Shown here piece after piece: positions 1 to 7,476 of a stretch of DNA of 39,960 nucleotides. The notes under the pieces were generated by a model. It saw only the letters and a list, made by a program, of their open reading frames with translations. It was not told where the DNA came from and did not search any database. The position numbers and the translations under genes were made by a program. Origin of the DNA: a virus (Duplodnaviria > Caudoviricetes); IMG/VR virus record IMGVR_UViG_3300018073_000011, positions 1 to 39,960 of that record; one strand, given 5' to 3'. Each line of letters starts with the position of its first letter. Position 1 is the stretch's first letter.

Positions 1-1173
1 CATCCAGAACTCCGCGCGCCGGTTCCGATACCTCGGGTCGAGCGCCTTGCCGGCGTAGTTGATGCCGATGACTGGCCATCCGCCTGTCGACAGGTTGTCA
101 ATCACGCCGTGGCCCCAGTGGCCTGTGTCGTCGATCAACGCGAGCTCGCAGCCCTTCCAGCGTTTCATGCACAGCATCGTGCGCGCGGCAATCTCCGTGG
201 TCTTGAGATTGCGCAGCACGACCGGCCAGAAGCTCGCCAGCCCCTGACGCGGAAAGATGACCGTGCGGTCGTCGCCGAACCTGGCGACGTCGACGCCCAG
301 GCGCTTTTGCGCCCAGTCGTAAGCGTCGATGCGGAGATGCCGGCGCATCGCGGCGTTGACGTCTTCAATCCCCAGGAGCGCGTTGATCGACGATGGCGGG
401 AATTGCCCCAGGACGTTGACCATCACCCAGGGATTCTCGCGGCCGTAGCTCGCAATCTGTTCACGCGCCCACACCGGATCGATCCTGGTCGAGCGGTCAG
501 GCCGATCGGGGTCGCCCGTGATCTCGACCAGCTCCCACAAGTGGCGGTCGATCGTGCACGCGCGGTGCAGCGGGCCAGTCGTGTGCGTTGGGTTGCCCGA
601 CTGAATCACCTTGGCCTCGGTGCCAAGGTTGGCCAGGACCGCGTCGGCGGCCACCATCACGCCTTGCGGGATGCCGCCCGACTCGTCGAGCACAAACATG
701 ACATGGTCCGCGTGGAATCCGGCCAGGGCGTTGGCTTGCGCGTCGGCGGTCCCGGTCTTCGGCCAGGCGCGTTTCTCGGCGAACCAGTTCGAGCCCTCGA
801 CGCCGCGCCGGCTGACGCGAGTCGATGTCCAGACGAAGCTCGCCGTGATGAAGCTGCTGCGGCCGATCCACTTCGACAGCTCCGGCCACAAGTTCGCGTC
901 GATGTTCCCCTCAGTGACGGACGTGCAGCCCACTTTCGACTGCCACCTGGTCGCCAGGAACCAGAGGATGATCCAGGCGAGCACAGCCGTCTTCCCTGGT
1001 CCCTTGCACGCTTTGAACGCGAGCCGGCGGGTCGAGCGCTTGACGACCAGGCGCAGCGCGTGCAGCTGCCAGGGGTCTGGCTCGACGCCAAAGCATTCGC
1101 GCACGAAGGCGACCGCATCATTATGCCAGCGAGCAATCGTGTCGTTGAGGAAGTCTCTCGGCGCTTGGCTCAT
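1..1173 (-). CDS. terL: Terminase large subunit (5' part; runs off the left edge of the window)
   Basis: Not in the ORF track; translated by hand from ATG 1173: MSQAPRDFLNDTIARWHNDAVAFVRECFGVEPDPWQ..., Walker A ACKGPGKT, Walker B FVLDESGG, coupling motif SGNP, nuclease motif LGVDVARFGDD. Lies downstream of terS. Confidence 0.95.
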   Translation of the reverse strand, partial: MSQAPRDFLNDTIARWHNDAVAFVRECFGVEPDPWQLHALRLVVKRSTRRLAFKACKGPGKTAVLAWIILWFLATRWQSKVGCTSVTEGNIDANLWPELSKWIGRSSFITASFVWTSTRVSRRGVEGSNWFAEKRAWPKTGTADAQANALAGFHADHVMFVLDESGGIPQGVMVAADAVLANLGTEAKVIQSGNPTHTTGPLHRACTIDRHLWELVEITGDPDRPDRSTRIDPVWAREQIASYGRENPWVMVNVLGQFPPSSINALLGIEDVNAAMRRHLRIDAYDWAQKRLGVDVARFGDDRTVIFPRQGLASFWPVVLRNLKTTEIAARTMLCMKRWKGCELALIDDTGHWGHGVIDNLSTGGWPVIGINYAGKALDPRYRNRRAEFWM

Positions 1174-1177
1174 CGGT

Positions 1178-1381
1178 TCACCAGGGGGTCGGCTCGCCGT
1201 TGTCGCGGCTGTCGATCGGCCAGTATCCAGACGGTGACGATGTGTCATTTGGCGGGGCTTTTTGCTCGTTTAGGTCCGCCTCGACGATGACAAATTCATC
1301 CTTCCAGCGATGCGGCCCTGTGCCGGTCGGACCGTGACGCTGTCGCCGGATGCCCCAGTTATTCCCCAGGCTTCGTCTCAT
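1178..1381 (-). CDS. Small hypothetical protein (67 aa) between terS and terL
   Basis: ATG preceded by AAGGAAATA; fills the gap between terS and terL; no recognisable motif. Confidence 0.5.
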   Translation of the reverse strand: MRRSLGNNWGIRRQRHGPTGTGPHRWKDEFVIVEADLNEQKAPPNDTSSPSGYWPIDSRDNGEPTPW

Positions 1382-1931
1382 TATTTCCTTTTTGGTGCTT
1401 GGCCTGGTCGGCCTTGATGGCTTCGGCTAGGGCGTCGAGCCCGCCGGCTACTGACTTGATGGCGCCCAGCTGCTCAGCAATCATCCGCCTGGCGGCCTGG
1501 CTGTCATTCAGGTGCACCGTCAGCCCGAACGGCCCTGGCTTGATGGCGCGCACGCTCCTGGCGATGTGGTCCGGCCAGAGGTGAATCGGCAGCAGCTCGC
1601 CCTTCTCGTCGACCAGGTCCCTGATGTCCGCCCTGGCGTCGCCGGCCAGTAAGCTCATGGCTTCGTCGCTCGACATCTGCAGCCGTTGCCAGCGCTCGGC
1701 ACGAGCGGCGTCGATTTTCTCGCGAATCTTAGCTTGTCTGAGCCAGCGGCACGCATTTACTGCAGCGGTCTGGATGCTGACGTCCGGGCTGACGGCCAGG
1801 TAGGCGCGGGTGCCGTTGCCCCCGTTGTGGTGGTATTCGCAGATAAAGGCCTCCTGAAGCTCAGTCAGCGCATCAGGGTCGGTCTGCGTGCGACGGCCAG
1901 GCGGTCGTTTGCCTGATTTGGTCTTGGCCAC
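1359..1931 (-). CDS. terS: Terminase small subunit (probable GTG start at 1931)
   Basis: LTELQEAFICEYHHNGGNGTRAY...AAVNACRWLRQAKIREKID HTH and ARADIRDLVDEKGELLPIHLWPD, typical of Terminase_2-type TerS. The upstream 62 aa of the track ORF overlaps another gene. Confidence 0.9.
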   Translation of the reverse strand: MAKTKSGKRPPGRRTQTDPDALTELQEAFICEYHHNGGNGTRAYLAVSPDVSIQTAAVNACRWLRQAKIREKIDAARAERWQRLQMSSDEAMSLLAGDARADIRDLVDEKGELLPIHLWPDHIARSVRAIKPGPFGLTVHLNDSQAARRMIAEQLGAIKSVAGGLDALAEAIKADQAKHQKGNNETKPGE

Positions 1932-1933
1932 AA

Positions 1934-2107
1934 CTAGCAGCGCGCCAGGCGGGGACCGTGGCCAGTCAGGTAGAGCACCAGGAGCACGACCAGGAGCAGC
2001 AGCAGGACAGTTCCTGGGTTCACATACGCGGGCGGCGCGTAAACGCCCTGCCAGCCGGCCAGGATGAGCACCAGGAGCACAAGCAGAATGATGGTGAGGG
2101 GGTCCAT
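1934..2107 (-). CDS. 57-aa two-TM membrane protein (DUF3309-like)
   Basis: Hand translation: MDPLTIILLVLLVLILAGWQGVYAPPAYVNPGTVLLLLLVVLLVLYLTGHGPRLARC. Two hydrophobic helices; stop lies 2 nt before the terS GTG. Confidence 0.75.
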   Translation of the reverse strand: MDPLTIILLVLLVLILAGWQGVYAPPAYVNPGTVLLLLLVVLLVLYLTGHGPRLARC

Positions 2108-2148
2108 GGCCGGCCATTGTAACGCGGCCGTGGCATTCCCGTTGACGG

Positions 2149-2191
2149 GAAACGAAAAACGCCCGACCAGGTGGTGAGCCTGATCGGGCGT
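2149..2191 (-). terminator. Intrinsic terminator after the DUF932 gene
   Basis: Minus strand ACGCCCGATCAGG-ctcacca-CCTGGTCGGGCGT followed by TTTTCGTTT. Confidence 0.9.
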
Positions 2192-2219
2192 CCGTCGTCG
2201 TCCGGTAGGTCGCGGGAGT

Positions 2220-3308
2220 CTACGCGGCTACCAGCTTCGACCAGTCGCGCTCCTGCAGGGCGATGACCTTGCCCCCGGCGCGCTCTAACACCGTCGCGTA
2301 TTCGTAGTCGGCTGCGTCGTTCGCCATGCGGGTGATCGCCGAGCTGAGCCCCCACTGCGTCAGGTCGCCGCCGCCTGCGAGGTGGGTCAGGATGCCGCCT
2401 GCGCTCGCGGGCGGCAGGGCCAGGACTTCGACCGCGCGCTCGACCAGCTGCGGCAGCTCGTTGGTGATGGGCCGGCTGGCGGTGACGCGGATCTTGTCGA
2501 TGGCCTGGCGGAACAACTTCTCGTTGAAGGCGGCCATGGTGATGTCCTTGACCTTGAGCCAGAACGCGGCGTCGTCGGCGCGGCGGGTCGCGTCGGCGAA
2601 CACTTCCCAGGAGGCGTCGTGGTCGTTCGCGCGCCCGACGTGGTATTTCTTCATCGCCGCGTCTTGCATGACCGCCAGGTTCGTGCACCAGGTCGTGAAC
2701 ACCGACGGCTCGACGCGCAGCGTGCCGTCACCGACTTCGCTGTTGCTGATGGTAATGGCGGCGACCAGGCGCCCACGGTCGCCGGCCTTGATGTTCGTGT
2801 GGCCCGTGCCGTAGGCCAGGCCCTCCGGCAGCTCGTCGCTGAGCGCCGGCAGGATGCCCTTGATATACATCCGGGTTTCCGTCAGCTCCGACGACATGAC
2901 TTGCACGTTGTGGTCGGTCAGGACGGGGATGATGGTCGACGCCAGGTCGAAGTTGTCGAGCGGCCGATACTTCGGGGAGAGCACGCCGATCGCCCGGTTG
3001 TCGATGGTGCGGATCATCCGCTTGTTGTCGGGGTCTTTCTTGAACCAGGTGTTCACGTTCTTCGCCAGCAGCTCCGGGTCCTCGGCCTTCATGCGGTCGT
3101 AGTAGACCTTGGGGATGCCGAGATGGCTCGCGAGCTGGCCGTGCGCGTAGGGCGTGATGTCGATGCCGCCGTTGATGCCCTGCAGCGTGATGTCGTTGCC
3201 GGCGGGGACGGCTTCGATGATGCCCTGGGGTGCGAGGTAGTCTTTGCGGGATTCCTGGCGGCGGGTCAGCTCGGCGGCGAGTTCGTTGAGGCTGCGACCG
3301 GATTTCAT
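2220..3308 (-). CDS. DUF932/DUF945-family protein (start ATG 3308)
   Basis: MKSGRSLNELAAEL..., AHGQLASHLGIPKVYYDRM, LSPKYRPLDN, ISNSEVGDG, CTNL..HVG, TQWGLSSAITR; GGAG RBS upstream of 3308. Confidence 0.85.
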   Translation of the reverse strand: MKSGRSLNELAAELTRRQESRKDYLAPQGIIEAVPAGNDITLQGINGGIDITPYAHGQLASHLGIPKVYYDRMKAEDPELLAKNVNTWFKKDPDNKRMIRTIDNRAIGVLSPKYRPLDNFDLASTIIPVLTDHNVQVMSSELTETRMYIKGILPALSDELPEGLAYGTGHTNIKAGDRGRLVAAITISNSEVGDGTLRVEPSVFTTWCTNLAVMQDAAMKKYHVGRANDHDASWEVFADATRRADDAAFWLKVKDITMAAFNEKLFRQAIDKIRVTASRPITNELPQLVERAVEVLALPPASAGGILTHLAGGGDLTQWGLSSAITRMANDAADYEYATVLERAGGKVIALQERDWSKLVAA

Positions 3309-3337
3309 GGTGTGCTCCACTGGGCGCACGCTGTGGC

Positions 3338-3353
3338 CTGGCTTGATTGCCAG
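3338..3353 (-). promoter_or_regulatory. CTGGC-AATCAA-GCCAG leader hairpin
   Basis: 5-bp stem about 30 nt before the DUF932 ATG; near-identical hairpin at 12881-12900. Confidence 0.55.
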
Positions 3354-3381
3354 CGCTACACGTCGACCCATTGGCGATCGT

Positions 3382-3398
3382 AGCAGGGCGCGTGCCGC
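3382..3398 (-). promoter_or_regulatory. Candidate sigma54-type promoter (overlapping extended -10 TGCTACGAT)
   Basis: Minus strand GCGGCACGCGCCCTGCT versus consensus YTGGCACGRNNNTTGCW, with GG and GC correctly spaced; intergenic, upstream of DUF932. Confidence 0.5.
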
Positions 3399-3457
3399 CA
3401 CGCCAGCGCCCGCCATTGCACACTTCGTCGAAACAAGTTCCTCGAGATCGCGGACTT

Positions 3458-3706
3458 TTATTTCTGTTTTCTCTGATTTGTGCAGTCGGCCGGTTTTTCA
3501 ACCAGGTCGCTAAACCGGGCCGCGCCGTAGTAGCTCACTTCGACGTGCGCGCCAGGTCGCCAACCTCTCAGCGGTTTGGTGGCGTCTTCGCTCGGCACCA
3601 TCGAGCCTCGGTAGTCGGTCAGGACGCAGCCGCAGCGTGCACATAATTGCAGCCCATCGGCGGCCATGGGGCCGGCGACGTGGACCACTGGATCAAGACT
3701 AGACAT
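3458..3706 (-). CDS. Small Cys/His-rich hypothetical protein
   Basis: HVAG...QLCARCG motif; overlaps the stop of the upstream gene. Confidence 0.7.
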   Translation of the reverse strand: MSSLDPVVHVAGPMAADGLQLCARCGCVLTDYRGSMVPSEDATKPLRGWRPGAHVEVSYYGAARFSDLVEKPADCTNQRKQK

Positions 3707-3986
3707 CGGCACGGGTCGCCTCGTGGAATCCTCGAATTTGTCGCAGCTTCTCGATCGGGTAGTCGCGCGACTGCAGGGCGACGGCGCCGTGCTGCTCGCC
3801 GTTCAGCATCTGGCCCCAATACATCGCGGTCATGGTGATGCGCTCGGTGTCGATCGTGATCATGCCGTCGGCGATCTTGTCCGTCGTCGCCCTGGTGATC
3901 AGGAACGTGTAGGTTTTGCCTTCCTGGTAGCGCCCTTCCATGTGGCCGACCAGGTGGCCGTCGCAGCAGCAGCGCACTTCAATCAT
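3699..3986 (-). CDS. Hypothetical protein (95 aa, MIEVRCCCD...)
   Basis: ATGA overlap with the upstream gene at 3983-3986; C-terminal ALQSRDYPIEKLRQIRGF. Confidence 0.75.
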   Translation of the reverse strand: MIEVRCCCDGHLVGHMEGRYQEGKTYTFLITRATTDKIADGMITIDTERITMTAMYWGQMLNGEQHGAVALQSRDYPIEKLRQIRGFHEATRADV

Positions 3987-4252
3987 CGCCGCGCACTCCC
4001 GAATCCTAGCAGCTCCGTCACAACCAGGTAGTCGACGCCGTCGATCGTGACGGTTGGTGTTTCCGGCTTGTGTATCGCGCGGCGCTCCATCAGCTCGTGC
4101 GCGCGTTTCCGTTCTTCGACTTCCATCCGTTCGCGCTCGAACATCGTGCGCGCGTCGCCCAGTTCGCGCTCGCAGCGCCGGCACAGACCGGCCGTCGATT
4201 GTTTCCAGCGCTCGCCGCATCGATCACAGAGATAGGCCGCCCGCTTTCTCAT
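3983..4252 (-). CDS. Zinc-ribbon hypothetical protein
   Basis: CDRC...CRRC followed by a charged helix; ATG at 4252. Confidence 0.7.
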   Translation of the reverse strand: MRKRAAYLCDRCGERWKQSTAGLCRRCERELGDARTMFERERMEVEERKRAHELMERRAIHKPETPTVTIDGVDYLVVTELLGFGSARR

Positions 4253-4271
4253 AACGGATCGCGCGGCGCGC

Positions 4272-4760
4272 TTAGTCGTCGCACCTGATGATCTGGCCAC
4301 TCAGTTCCGCGCCGACGCCGAGCAGCGCGCCCCATCCGATTTGTTCCCAGGTATGGCGGTTCGCCTGCCAGCGCAGGAATCCAGTCAGCGCGGCCGTCGT
4401 GACGCCGAGCAGCACGCGGCCCTTCCAGCTACTGGCCGCGTGCGCCTGGTTGATCCCGATGATGCCGTTCATGGTGTGCGCGCTCGGCATGCCGTCAGGC
4501 GGACAACCCAGGCACGGTCGCGGCGACCGCACGTAGTGCTTGACCGTCAGCGCCGTGCCGTTGCCGACGCCTTCGCTGAGCAGGAGCTGCGCCAGGTGAC
4601 AGCCTCGGCGCTCATTCTGCCAGGCATCGACAGCGCCGATCGTCACGTTGACGCCGGCCGTGCCGTAGCTACTCCAGTCCGCCCACTTGTTCACAGGTTG
4701 CGGCTGCGCGCTCGCCAGCGCTGGCAGCAGCAGCGCCAGGGTCAATACGATGGCCTTCAT
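4272..4760 (-). CDS. PAP2-superfamily membrane phosphatase with signal peptide
   Basis: Motifs C1 K-x6-RP (KHYVRSPRP), C2 PSAH, C3 R-x5-H-x3-Q (RWQANRHTWEQ); N-terminal MKAIVLTLALLLPALASA signal; hydrophobic helices. ATG 4760 overlaps the upstream TGA. Confidence 0.85.
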   Translation of the reverse strand: MKAIVLTLALLLPALASAQPQPVNKWADWSSYGTAGVNVTIGAVDAWQNERRGCHLAQLLLSEGVGNGTALTVKHYVRSPRPCLGCPPDGMPSAHTMNGIIGINQAHAASSWKGRVLLGVTTAALTGFLRWQANRHTWEQIGWGALLGVGAELSGQIIRCDD

Positions 4761-4855
4761 GCTTTCGTCCCATGCTTTTCGTGTTGGTGGATCAGCGCCT
4801 CGCGCGCGGTGCGACTGCCATGGCCACACTGACAAATGTAGATGAACGGCTTCAC
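4757..4855 (-). CDS. 32-aa C2H2-like zinc-finger peptide
   Basis: GGAG RBS and GTG start: MKPFIYICQCGHGSRTAREALIHQHEKHGTKA; ATGA-coupled to the PAP2 gene. Confidence 0.6.
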   Translation of the reverse strand: MKPFIYICQCGHGSRTAREALIHQHEKHGTKA

Positions 4856-4878
4856 GGTGCTATCTCCAATCTGATGCC

Positions 4879-5478
4879 TCACCATTGAATATCCGATACG
4901 GTCAACATGGCTGGCGCCGGCTTCAGGCGTTCGAGCAGCGTGCGGCCTGACCTGAGACGTTCAACGGGCAGCCAATGCCCTGGCTCCGGGTCGAGCGCAC
5001 GATTGCGCGGATCGCTCGCCCATCCACGCGTGCCTTTCGGATCGAGGATCGACGCGCACGCGGCGCCGGCCAGCAGCTCTTCGCGCGCAGCGTAGCCGAC
5101 CAGCCAGCAGCTCGGTTGCTGTGTCGGGCAAAACAACAGCACATACCAGTCGGCCGGCGTCGGCTTCTGTAGTGCCGAGTTCTTCACGCCTAGATACCAG
5201 GGTCGCGCCTTGCAGCCCTTGACGTCAATCCGGCCGATTGCTGTCTCGAAGTCATAACCGGCGTCTCCTTGCAGCGCGTCGGTCTTGAATCGCGGCCGTG
5301 GCAGTCCAGTCGCATCGGCGAATGCTTTTTCAGCGACCGCGCCGATGATGTTCTCGCGCGTCGGATCGTCCGGCCTGGTCCGGATCGTTTTTCCGGCGCC
5401 GTCGCGATAGAGTCCTTGCCGGTTGTGGCCGATGCGCGCAGCAGCGCTCCAGTCGGCCGGCAATCGTAGCCAGGCCAT
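4879..5478 (-). CDS. PD-(D/E)xK restriction-endonuclease-fold protein
   Basis: GAVAEKAFA...GDAGYDF...RIDVKG catalytic-like arrangement; TGATG-coupled to the methyltransferase. Confidence 0.7.
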   Translation of the reverse strand: MAWLRLPADWSAAARIGHNRQGLYRDGAGKTIRTRPDDPTRENIIGAVAEKAFADATGLPRPRFKTDALQGDAGYDFETAIGRIDVKGCKARPWYLGVKNSALQKPTPADWYVLLFCPTQQPSCWLVGYAAREELLAGAACASILDPKGTRGWASDPRNRALDPEPGHWLPVERLRSGRTLLERLKPAPAMLTVSDIQW

Positions 5479-6518
5479 CAGCTTGCCGCCTCCTCGGCCC
5501 AGAGCTTCGCGTCGTTCCCGAATACTGACCAGCCCTCGACCTTGTCGCGGCCGAACAGCTCCAGGTATGGGCCGCGCGTCCAGTGTTTTGTGATCAGCTT
5601 TCTGAATTCGTCCGGCTTCGAGCTGTGCGTGCGCGACTTTCGGACGGCGATGACTGAATCCGGCAGGTCTTCAGGATTGTCGGGCAGACACGATCCGCGC
5701 GTCCAGATCGTCAGCACTTCATGGTTGCTCGTGCTGTAGTGGCCGTAGTTGCCGTCAACCTTGTCCCAAATCCATTGCTGCTTGTAGGTGAATCCCCAGG
5801 CTTCGGCGACTTCACGCGGGCCAGGGTTCTGCAGGATCAGCGGCGCCGTGCACCACATAAACAGGATCGAATCCGGCAGCGCGTGCGCGCCGACCGGCAG
5901 CTTGCATTGATCCTCGATGCTCATGCCGGGGTAGTGCTCGCCCTGGCCGACGCCAGACGGCGGGCGGTCGCCATACAGCCAGGGATTGTCCGAGTAGAGC
6001 ACGCGATACATGCCTGACAGCACGGCCTGACCGTCGATGATCTTCGCGCGGCGCGACGCTCGCACGACCAGGCGCAGATCCCTGACCGTCAGCTCCTCGC
6101 TTTTCGCCTTCTCCAACCATTTGACCTGCTCCGACGGCGGCAGGCCGGCGACGACGTCCGCGTGTCCCATCGACGGCGCCATGGCTTGCGCTTCGGCGGT
6201 GACGTTCTTCGTGATGTAACCCAAATTCTGCAGCGTCTTCAGCGTGATCGGCCGTCCGAGCTTCGACAGCGCCTGGTAAACCTGATCCTTCCAGTCAGGC
6301 CGACTCTCGGCGTGGTTCCAGAGATGGCCGACCCAGAACGTCGACGCCTGCTCGGTGGCCGTGGCGAAATCCATGGCCGCGATCCATTTCTCGATCGACG
6401 GGCGCCCGACGACTTCTACGCCTTTCGCGCGCAGGATGAATCCGTCCAGCTTGATCGGTCGTTCGTCGAACAGACCGCCGACTGGTGCCAGTTCTCGTCG
6501 AGCGCCCTTTTTCGCCAT
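5478..6518 (-). CDS. MT-A70-family adenine methyltransferase with N-terminal LmbU-like DNA-binding domain
   Basis: C-terminal YRVLYSDNPW, HYPGMS, LFMWCT, WGFTYK..WIWDK, HSSKPDEF, YLELFGR..GWSVFGN. The N-terminal FWVGHLW...LKTLQN...HADVVAGL...WLEKAKSEELTVRDLR pattern resembles LmbU-type domains. Confidence 0.92.
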   Translation of the reverse strand: MAKKGARRELAPVGGLFDERPIKLDGFILRAKGVEVVGRPSIEKWIAAMDFATATEQASTFWVGHLWNHAESRPDWKDQVYQALSKLGRPITLKTLQNLGYITKNVTAEAQAMAPSMGHADVVAGLPPSEQVKWLEKAKSEELTVRDLRLVVRASRRAKIIDGQAVLSGMYRVLYSDNPWLYGDRPPSGVGQGEHYPGMSIEDQCKLPVGAHALPDSILFMWCTAPLILQNPGPREVAEAWGFTYKQQWIWDKVDGNYGHYSTSNHEVLTIWTRGSCLPDNPEDLPDSVIAVRKSRTHSSKPDEFRKLITKHWTRGPYLELFGRDKVEGWSVFGNDAKLWAEEAAS

Positions 6519-6994
6519 TAGCCCTCAGCTCCTTCGCCCTGGTCGGCGCCAGTCTCATCAGCCTTGCCGACACTCGCGTCGCCGCCGGCATCGGACGGCT
6601 GCACTTCCGCCGTCGCCGAGCGCTCGCGCGTCGTCTTGACCTGCAGCTTCTCCTCGCCCGGCACGCGGACCAGGGTGACGCCTGCATGCTGATACGTCGT
6701 CCGTTCGTTGCGGCGCATCAGCGCCAGCGCGGTCTGCTCGTAGCCGGCCTCCTCGGCTTTCAGGTCGTTGATCGCTTCGCGCGTTTCGGCGATCGACTGA
6801 CAGACCTTATTCAGTGGAACGATCGCGACGTCCTCCATGCCTGGCAGGCGCGCAGCGCTCGGTCCTTTCCGTCGCCCCTTAGCGGCGGCGGCCTTCGGTG
6901 ACGCCTTGCGCGCCGCCTTCACGGTTGGCTTGCGCGCCGCCTTCACGGGTTTCCTTGACGGTTTCCGTTCGCGGCTCTTTCGATTCGGTCGCAT
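6518..6994 (-). CDS. Basic, histone-like N-terminus hypothetical protein
   Basis: ATG 6994 after GAGGT; K/R/A-rich repeats (KPVKAARKPTVKAARK) followed by a helical domain. Confidence 0.75.
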   Translation of the reverse strand: MRPNRKSRERKPSRKPVKAARKPTVKAARKASPKAAAAKGRRKGPSAARLPGMEDVAIVPLNKVCQSIAETREAINDLKAEEAGYEQTALALMRRNERTTYQHAGVTLVRVPGEEKLQVKTTRERSATAEVQPSDAGGDASVGKADETGADQGEGAEG

Positions 6995-7436
6995 CGTTAC
7001 CTCTGCTAACTCGCCGACAATACTCCGCAATCAGCAGCGCGTCGGCAATCGCATGCGTGATCGTCAGGTGCGGAAAGAGCTGTTGCGCCCTCCGCTTGCT
7101 GATGTTCTTGTCGCCCTTGGTGCGGCAGCCCATCGCGAGCTGCCACTTTGCCGGCGCGACCAGGTCAAACGGGATCAGCGACGCCGTGAGCCCCATCAGG
7201 AGCGCGCCGTAACCACGGCCGAACGTGAATGCAGAGACGGTCCCCATCTGGGGAGACGCGCCGACACGTTCCAGCATCGCAACCGTGCCGGGATGGCCGA
7301 TGTTCAGCGCGTCGAATAGATCGCGCTCAGTCTCCGGCATTCGACACGTATGGAACACCTTCGGCGGCTCATCGTAGGTTTGTGAAATCCACGCGATCCC
7401 GCCAGTTTTCCCAGGGTCGATCCCGATGTAAATCAT
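6879..7436 (-). CDS. ruvC: RuvC-like Holliday junction resolvase
   Basis: IGIDPGKTGGIA, MLERVG, SAFTFGRGYG, VAPAKWQ, ADALLIAEY. Confidence 0.9.
   Translation of the reverse strand: MIYIGIDPGKTGGIAWISQTYDEPPKVFHTCRMPETERDLFDALNIGHPGTVAMLERVGASPQMGTVSAFTFGRGYGALLMGLTASLIPFDLVAPAKWQLAMGCRTKGDKNISKRRAQQLFPHLTITHAIADALLIAEYCRRVSRGNDATESKEPRTETVKETREGGAQANREGGAQGVTEGRRR
6905..6948. repeat. 20-bp direct repeat x2 (period 24) encoding PVKAARK/TVKAARK
   Basis: cttgcgcgccgccttcacgg at 6905-6924 and 6929-6948. Confidence 0.85.
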
Positions 7437-7447
7437 GTGCGGCGTCC

Positions 7448-7476
7448 ATTCTGAGCATCGGCTGCTCGGTTGTCAA
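7448..7476 (-). promoter_or_regulatory. Sigma70-type promoter for the ruvC operon
   Basis: TTGACA-17 nt-CAGAAT; the -35 overlaps the dnaB stop codon; 11 nt from -10 to the ruvC ATG. Confidence 0.75.
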
